The notes under the pieces are model-generated. The model did not search any database. It had not been told where the DNA came from and saw only the letters and a program-made list of their open reading frames with translations. A stretch of 64,000 nucleotides of DNA from Spirochaetia bacterium (GTDB taxonomy: Bacteria; Spirochaetota; Spirochaetia; CADAEX01): NCBI GenBank assembly GCA_963662795.1, contig OY759746.1, positions 2,848,001-2,912,000 on the forward strand, in the 5' to 3' direction. Numbering within the stretch: position 1 is the first letter of the stretch; the number at the start of each line of letters is the position of its first letter. A program made the translations under genes and the position numbers. Below, piece by piece: positions 58,486 through 64,000 of the stretch.

Positions 58486-59814
58486 TCAGAGCGTCTCCTC
58501 ATGTTCATCAATTATGCTCAAATAAACACTTTTGCCTTTTACAAAATCAAAACCGTCTATTTCTGTCATTGCCCTGCCGACATCTCCTTCTTTTGCCCTG
58601 TGCGTTGTTATGATAATCGGCACATAGTTATCGATGGAATCTTCCCCGTTCCTTTTTTGCAGAACGCTTGAAATACTTATGCTGTGCTGTCCGAAAGCTG
58701 AGGCGATTTTAGCCAGTACTCCCGGCTGGTCCTTTACCGTGATACGTATATAATATCTGCCGCTTTCCTCGCCCGGAGGCAGCATTACTGCAGGAGCAGT
58801 TATATCAGGCCAGATGGGCAGGCTTCCGAACGTATTTTGTGCAGTTCCCAGAAGAACGCTGATGATGTCAGATATTATCGCGGAAGCGGTAGGAGAACCT
58901 CCGGCTCCTCTGCCGTAATACATTGTATGTCCGACAGCATGGCTGTAAATGCTGATTGCGTTAAAAGGGCCGGAAATCCATGCCAGAGGATGCTCCTTGC
59001 TGATAAATGAAGGAGCTACCTTAACTGAAAGTTTTCCGTTAGATATTTTTGCCATGGCGATAAGTTTAATTATATAGCCTAGCTCTTTTCCGGAAGCAAC
59101 ATCAAAAAGATCAAGATTATCAATCCCCGAGACAGGGATCGAGTCAAGATTTACCTGCATTCCGAATGCAATTGAGCTGAGTATAGTCAGTTTGTGTGCC
59201 GAATCCATTCCTGAGACATCAAGAGTCGGATCAGCTTCAGCAAGCCCTCTTTCCTGTGCCCCGTTTAGTGCTTCCCTGTAGGTTATCCCGTTTGTAGTCA
59301 TTTCAGTAAGAATATAATTGCATGTACCGTTTACAATACCGTAAAGTGCCTCATTTTTATTCGCAATAAGGCCGTCGTATAATGCTCTGATGACAGGGAT
59401 GCCGCCTCCGCAGCTGGCTTCAAAGGAAACTGTTACATTGTTCTCCCTTGCAAGGGAAAAAAGTTCCACTCCGTAGTGGGCAAGCAGCGCTTTATTGGCA
59501 GTAACAAGATGCTTGCCTGCTTTTAATATCTTTTTTGCAGATTCACGCGCTATTGTAGTACCGCCCATCAGCTCCACTACTACGATTACGTCCTTGTCTG
59601 AAAGTACGGAATCAAGACCGCTTGTAAAAAGTCTGCTGTCAAGTCCAAGCTTTTTGGCATGAGTAAAGTTAATGTCTATAATATATTTAAGAAAAAAATC
59701 TATATTTGTCCTTTTTTTAAGGAAGTCAATATCATCCAGTAAAAGCTTTGCAGTTGCTCCGCCTACAGTTCCACATCCAAGAATTGCAACACCCTTTTTT
59801 TCCATAGTAATCAC
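58486..59814 (-). CDS. hom: Homoserine dehydrogenase with a C-terminal ACT domain
   Basis: GCGTVG, VTANKA, FEASCGGGIP, NGTCNYIL, AEADPT.D, DQPGVLAKI. Confidence 0.96.
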   Translation of the reverse strand: MITMEKKGVAILGCGTVGGATAKLLLDDIDFLKKRTNIDFFLKYIIDINFTHAKKLGLDSRLFTSGLDSVLSDKDVIVVVELMGGTTIARESAKKILKAGKHLVTANKALLAHYGVELFSLARENNVTVSFEASCGGGIPVIRALYDGLIANKNEALYGIVNGTCNYILTEMTTNGITYREALNGAQERGLAEADPTLDVSGMDSAHKLTILSSIAFGMQVNLDSIPVSGIDNLDLFDVASGKELGYIIKLIAMAKISNGKLSVKVAPSFISKEHPLAWISGPFNAISIYSHAVGHTMYYGRGAGGSPTASAIISDIISVLLGTAQNTFGSLPIWPDITAPAVMLPPGEESGRYYIRITVKDQPGVLAKIASAFGQHSISISSVLQKRNGEDSIDNYVPIIITTHRAKEGDVGRAMTEIDGFDFVKGKSVYLSIIDEHEETL

Positions 59815-59933
59815 CAGTATGCTCCTTTTTCGGGGTTATATTATTGTGAGGCCGGTAAATTGTCAATAATAAAGGCAGTATGACAGGGGGTATATCTTGG
59901 ATATCATCTTCCATTCTGTTAAGCTCAATTCCG

Positions 59934-60815
59934 ATGGATATTCTAGAATTTAATATAAACGAACTGCTTTGTGCGGACAGGCTGATGGATTTTTTCAGCA
60001 CTTATCAGGAAGATGGGCAGGTAATAAGCAATGGTTTATATGATCTTCCTTTTGTTGACGGCATAAATGTTATCTGGGGATTTCATGTTCTTGAAGCTGC
60101 CGCAAAGTCCGGTATGGAGAGAATTTACTGCAGGAATCTGAAAAGTAATAATCTGACTATGAAGGAAAAGCTTGAAACCGCGCTTATGACCGAAGGCAGG
60201 ACAGACCGCTATTCCTGGAGTGAAAAAGAAAAAATATATCTGTTTATTGAAAATATTCTCCACGGTGAGGCAGATGAGCGGCTGTTGCGTCTTGTTCAGA
60301 GCGGAGGGTCTTTTATCCCTTCTGTTCTTATCTATTCTTCTCTCCCTGATTTTATGAAAAATATTGTTGAAAAGGGGATGGCTGATCTTAAGACTGCAAG
60401 AAGCTGCGTCAATATACCTGAAAGAGCTTTTAAATTGATTGAAGAATATTTCTCTCATCTCTCATTCAGCAAAAGAAGGATCATGCTTGTAAATATATCC
60501 GAGATTATCAGCCGAAACACATTTGGTGAAAAGGAAGCTGTAAAACTCGCAAGAGAGATTATGGCTTCTGAAGAACCTTCATCAGAAGCTGAGAGAAGAA
60601 GATATCCGGGACTTACCGGCAGTTTCAGGCAATTTGATGCGTTTTGCGAGTTAAATCTTAAAAACACCGGGATAACACTAAAATCTCCCCCCTGGTTTGA
60701 AGGTGATGCCTATGCTGTCTCATTTTCCTTTAAAAGCGCGAAGCAGCTTGGAAAAATAATTGCTTCCCTGGAGAGGCTCAAGGAAAACTCTGATGAAATT
60801 TTCAGATTATTATAA
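59934..60815 (+). CDS. Degenerate ParB/Srx-like protein
   Basis: PFVDGINVIWGFHVLEAA resembles ParB box II without the Arg residues; E.R...YSWSEKE helix follows; overlaps the next gene. Confidence 0.55.
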   Translation: MDILEFNINELLCADRLMDFFSTYQEDGQVISNGLYDLPFVDGINVIWGFHVLEAAAKSGMERIYCRNLKSNNLTMKEKLETALMTEGRTDRYSWSEKEKIYLFIENILHGEADERLLRLVQSGGSFIPSVLIYSSLPDFMKNIVEKGMADLKTARSCVNIPERAFKLIEEYFSHLSFSKRRIMLVNISEIISRNTFGEKEAVKLAREIMASEEPSSEAERRRYPGLTGSFRQFDAFCELNLKNTGITLKSPPWFEGDAYAVSFSFKSAKQLGKIIASLERLKENSDEIFRLL

Positions 60816-61893
60816 AAATTATTATGAAAGCATTTTTGACCGGATCTATATTTCTGAAGATGTGCTGAACCTTCCTCCTGCTGTTCGGGCGTCTGAAAGG
60901 CTTGAGCTCCCTCTTTATGTCATTGCCACTGAAAAAGAGATATCCCCCGATCATCTTAACAGCAGAACACTTTATATAACAAAAAGGAAAGGGCAGACAG
61001 TCGGCAAATGCCCCGGTACAAGAGGGCATATCTGCTGTAATTATGTTACGATAGATCTTTACAACGGATGCACGCTCGGATGCAGTTACTGCATCATGAA
61101 AAGCTATTTAAACTTTGCACCGGTAACAGTATATGCAGATACAGAACCGGCGGTTGAAGAGCTTAAAAGAATTGCCCGTCTTAACAGGGACAGGATTGTA
61201 AGGGCGGGAACAGGCGAGACCGGGGACTCCCTTCAGTTTGATCCTCTTTTTGAAATGACAGAGGATTTTATCAGAGGGCTCTCCGGCATTGATAATATCT
61301 ATTTTGAAGCAAAGACAAAAACCTGCTTTGTCGATCATCTGCTTGATATTGAAAACAAGGGAAACGCTGTAATAAGTTTTTCTCTGAATCCCGAATCTGT
61401 TGTCGAGGCGGAAGAAACCGAAGCCTTTTCACTTGATGAGAGGCTTGATGCGGCATTAAAAGCTGTGTCTGCAGGATATAACCTTGCTTTTCATTTCGAT
61501 CCTGTTATCTGCGGAGAGGGATGGGAAGAGGAGTATCTTGAAACTGCAGATAAACTTTCACAGTTTCCCAAAGGGAAAATCAAATGGATAAGCCTTGGCA
61601 CATTCAGGTATCCCCCTGCGCTTAAAGATAAAATCGGGCAGAGGCCCTATCTTTTTGATGAATATGTTCCCTGCAGGGACGGCAAATACAGATATGTCCA
61701 GAAGCGCAGAAAAGAGGTTTACCGCCTGCTTTATGAAAAACTTACTCAGGTCTCCGGCGGCGCTTCGGTATATATGTGCATGGAAAGCAGCCCTGTCTGG
61801 AAGCATGCGGCAGGAGGTGTCCCTGGTGAGCTTGAAAATGTAAAATGGCTTTTTAAAAAAATCAAGGGTGTTTCGGGAAGGTTTTCTGTTTAA
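60793..61893 (+). CDS. Spore photoproduct lyase (SplB)-family radical SAM protein
   Basis: GCTLGCSYC (CxxxCxxC), GTGETGDSL, EAKTK, SFSLNP, ERLDAA, FHFDPV, YMCME. Confidence 0.85.
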   Translation: MKFSDYYKNYYESIFDRIYISEDVLNLPPAVRASERLELPLYVIATEKEISPDHLNSRTLYITKRKGQTVGKCPGTRGHICCNYVTIDLYNGCTLGCSYCIMKSYLNFAPVTVYADTEPAVEELKRIARLNRDRIVRAGTGETGDSLQFDPLFEMTEDFIRGLSGIDNIYFEAKTKTCFVDHLLDIENKGNAVISFSLNPESVVEAEETEAFSLDERLDAALKAVSAGYNLAFHFDPVICGEGWEEEYLETADKLSQFPKGKIKWISLGTFRYPPALKDKIGQRPYLFDEYVPCRDGKYRYVQKRRKEVYRLLYEKLTQVSGGASVYMCMESSPVWKHAAGGVPGELENVKWLFKKIKGVSGRFSV

Positions 61894-61989
61894 CTGTTTC
61901 ACTTCCATGCCAACCACAGCATGTAAATACCCATATTAAAAGAATTAAAGTGGTAAAGTGGGACAGTAATAGCGGGATAGAAACAGCTC

Positions 61990-63246
61990 TTAAAATTCAG
62001 GATGAATTTTGTACCAGTCTTTGACAGCGGTATCAAGATCTGTCAATGTTTTTTCGTTTGCCGCTTCCCTGTAGAGCCATTTCTTTATTATTTCGTTCTT
62101 CAGCTGTTCCCATTCGACTGGAAGAGGGGATGGGAAGGAAAGCAAGTTCTGGGGCGGGATATGTCCTACAAGCAGCGGATAGTATTTCGGGAATACCTGC
62201 TCATTGACTGATTTAATTGATGAAAATCCGCTGCAGAGGCCGAAGGACCTGATCCTTTTTGTTTTGCCGGATTCCATTATCCTTTCCTGTGTGTCATGAT
62301 CAAAAAACCACTGGAAAAATATCCCTGCTCCATTTTTATTTGAAGCATGTCTTGGTATTCCCGCGTAGATTATGTCATCGCATACCGGTATTTTATCTTC
62401 ACTCGCAAGCCATCTGAAATTAAGACCGGCCCTTTTTTGCTGTGCGATGGCATAAAAATCCTTAAGATCTGTATATGCAAAAAAGATCCTCTGTTCGGCA
62501 ATCAGGTTCTCCGCTGGTTTGTAAAGATGTTTTTCTTCGAAACGGATATCATTCGCAATTCCGCCGTTTATGGTATTTATGAAATCCCGTGTCTGTTTGA
62601 GCGACTTTTCTATTCCCTCTTTGTTCCATGTTACCTTTTTATTGTCATTTCCCCTGAAATCAGCATTGTTCATCACAGCATTATAATAAAGCATGCTGCT
62701 GTTCCACCTCGGAGAAAAGGCTGAAACACCTTTGTTCCCGTCCTGATTAAATGTTTTGCTGATTTCAATAATATTTTCATTGGTAAGCACAAAGTTGCTG
62801 ATATTGTAGCTTACATCTCCCCTGCGGAACATGAGGGCCGGCAGGTTAAAGGAGACGGGAAGTAATAGCTGTTTTCCGTTTTTCGAACCTTTCTGCAGCA
62901 GCTGTTTGTAGAATGAATCCCTGTCTATCCTGTTTTTTTTGAATAGATGATTTATTCTGCTGAAATTATCTATCATCCGGGATGAATTAAGATATGTCCC
63001 GATAATGATATCAGGATGTTTTTTTGAGTTCAGCAGTTCTCTCGCGGGATTGGGCTTATATATAATTTCAACCTTTATACGGCTGTGTTCCGAGTTGAAA
63101 GATTCGACATAGGAGATAAGTTCAGGATTGTCTGTCCATAAAACTATTTTATGCTGTTCGGGACTTTGATATTTGTATAGAATCAGGGATGATATGACTG
63201 TAAAAGATATAATAAATAAAATAATTATAAACCTGTTGATTTTCAT
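61990..63246 (-). CDS. Extracellular solute-binding protein (ABC family 1-like), orphan
   Basis: N-terminal anchor; IVLWTD, FNSEH..IKVEI, PDIIIG, LLPVSFN. Confidence 0.75.
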   Translation of the reverse strand: MKINRFIIILFIISFTVISSLILYKYQSPEQHKIVLWTDNPELISYVESFNSEHSRIKVEIIYKPNPARELLNSKKHPDIIIGTYLNSSRMIDNFSRINHLFKKNRIDRDSFYKQLLQKGSKNGKQLLLPVSFNLPALMFRRGDVSYNISNFVLTNENIIEISKTFNQDGNKGVSAFSPRWNSSMLYYNAVMNNADFRGNDNKKVTWNKEGIEKSLKQTRDFINTINGGIANDIRFEEKHLYKPAENLIAEQRIFFAYTDLKDFYAIAQQKRAGLNFRWLASEDKIPVCDDIIYAGIPRHASNKNGAGIFFQWFFDHDTQERIMESGKTKRIRSFGLCSGFSSIKSVNEQVFPKYYPLLVGHIPPQNLLSFPSPLPVEWEQLKNEIIKKWLYREAANEKTLTDLDTAVKDWYKIHPEF

Positions 63247-63288
63247 AGATGAAAATTCTATGTTACCGGGAATATAATGTCAATTGGT

Positions 63289-64000
63289 ATGGATAAAAAA
63301 TCACTTTTCTACAGCTATTCAGAATATCTCTCGGACAAATATTCCGCCAGGGTTTTCCGGGTTTCAGTGGATGGAGGATTTTCATGCCCGAACAGAAAGG
63401 ACAGACAGAGCCCGGGGTGTGTTTTCTGCGATGCCCACGGGGCAAGGGCTACATATATTGACAGAAGCACAGAGATAAAGGAACAGGTAGAAAGAGGTAC
63501 CGCTTTTCTTAAGAAAAGATACAGAGCAGAAATATTTCTGCTTTACCTTCAGGCATTTTCAGGAACATACGGCGATCCGGAATTGCTCAAAACTACATGG
63601 GATTATGCTCTTTCACTTGAAGACTTCAGGGAGCTGATTGTATCGACCAGACCAGACTGTATTGACCCGCTTAAGGCTGATCTGCTTGCCGGATATGTAA
63701 AAAGCGATTTTGATGTCTGGGTGGAGCTCGGTCTTCAAAGCAGTAATGACAGGACACTTGAAAAGATAAACAGGGGTCATACTACCCACGATTTCGAAAA
63801 AGCATTTGAACTTCTCCGCTCAAGAGGGATAAGGATTGCTGTTCACCTGATTTTTGGACTTCCGGATGAAAATTATGAGGATATGATGGAAAGTGTAAAA
63901 TATGTCTCCTCAATGAAGCCTGATGGAATTAAATTTCATAATCTGCATGTCGCATCAGGAACAGAGCTTGAAAACCGGTTTATGGCAGGGGATTTTTCAG
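63289..64000 (+). CDS. TIGR01212/YhcC-family radical SAM protein, truncated at the window edge
   Basis: DGGFSCPNR...GCVFC, YLQAFSGTY, STRPDC, VELGLQS, INRGH, HLIFGLP, GIKFHNLHV; alternative ATG at 63277. Confidence 0.9.
   Translation, partial: MDKKSLFYSYSEYLSDKYSARVFRVSVDGGFSCPNRKDRQSPGCVFCDAHGARATYIDRSTEIKEQVERGTAFLKKRYRAEIFLLYLQAFSGTYGDPELLKTTWDYALSLEDFRELIVSTRPDCIDPLKADLLAGYVKSDFDVWVELGLQSSNDRTLEKINRGHTTHDFEKAFELLRSRGIRIAVHLIFGLPDENYEDMMESVKYVSSMKPDGIKFHNLHVASGTELENRFMAGDFS

Noticed and set aside
61894-61989. Long imperfect inverted repeat between the SplB-like and solute-binding genes as an sRNA
   Set aside because: Pairing is weak with a large loop; it is adequately explained as a spacer or terminator between convergent genes.

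Overview
A gene-dense, moderately AT-rich stretch of core chromosome from a spirochaete, probably a free-living anaerobic Spirochaetales. The assignment rests on FlaA sheath flagellins, FlaB core flagellins, flgK-flgL-fliW-csrA and a 2[4Fe-4S] ferredoxin. The window holds housekeeping genes (dxs, dinB, trxB, tsaE/B, infC-rpmI-rplT, fba, eno, glmS, hom, ssb), a large late-flagellar and c-di-GMP region (about 18.6-34.5 kb), many envelope proteins and lipoproteins, and two radical-SAM genes. The ORF track missed or truncated a 30-aa bS22/AURKAIP1-type ribosomal protein (383-475), a ferredoxin (4930-5100), full-length tsaE with an apparent CTG start, a 6S RNA behind zapA, an antitoxin plus a frameshifted vapC pseudogene, and two edge-truncated CDS. 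I saw no CRISPR array, rRNA, tRNA, IS or prophage. The best candidates for under-described biology are: (1) a coupled degenerate-ParB plus spore-photoproduct-lyase-like radical SAM pair that appears to lack the SPL H-donor Cys, in a non-sporulating lineage; (2) a ZapB-like protein whose acidic tail ends in a beta-clamp-type motif (QLDIF); (3) a NagZ-GNAT pair mirroring fungal GH3-GNAT fusions; (4) an RNA-level control layer on the flaB genes; and (5) recurrent leaderless gene starts. All family calls come from motif recognition by eye, not database searches, and the novelty claims are hypotheses.
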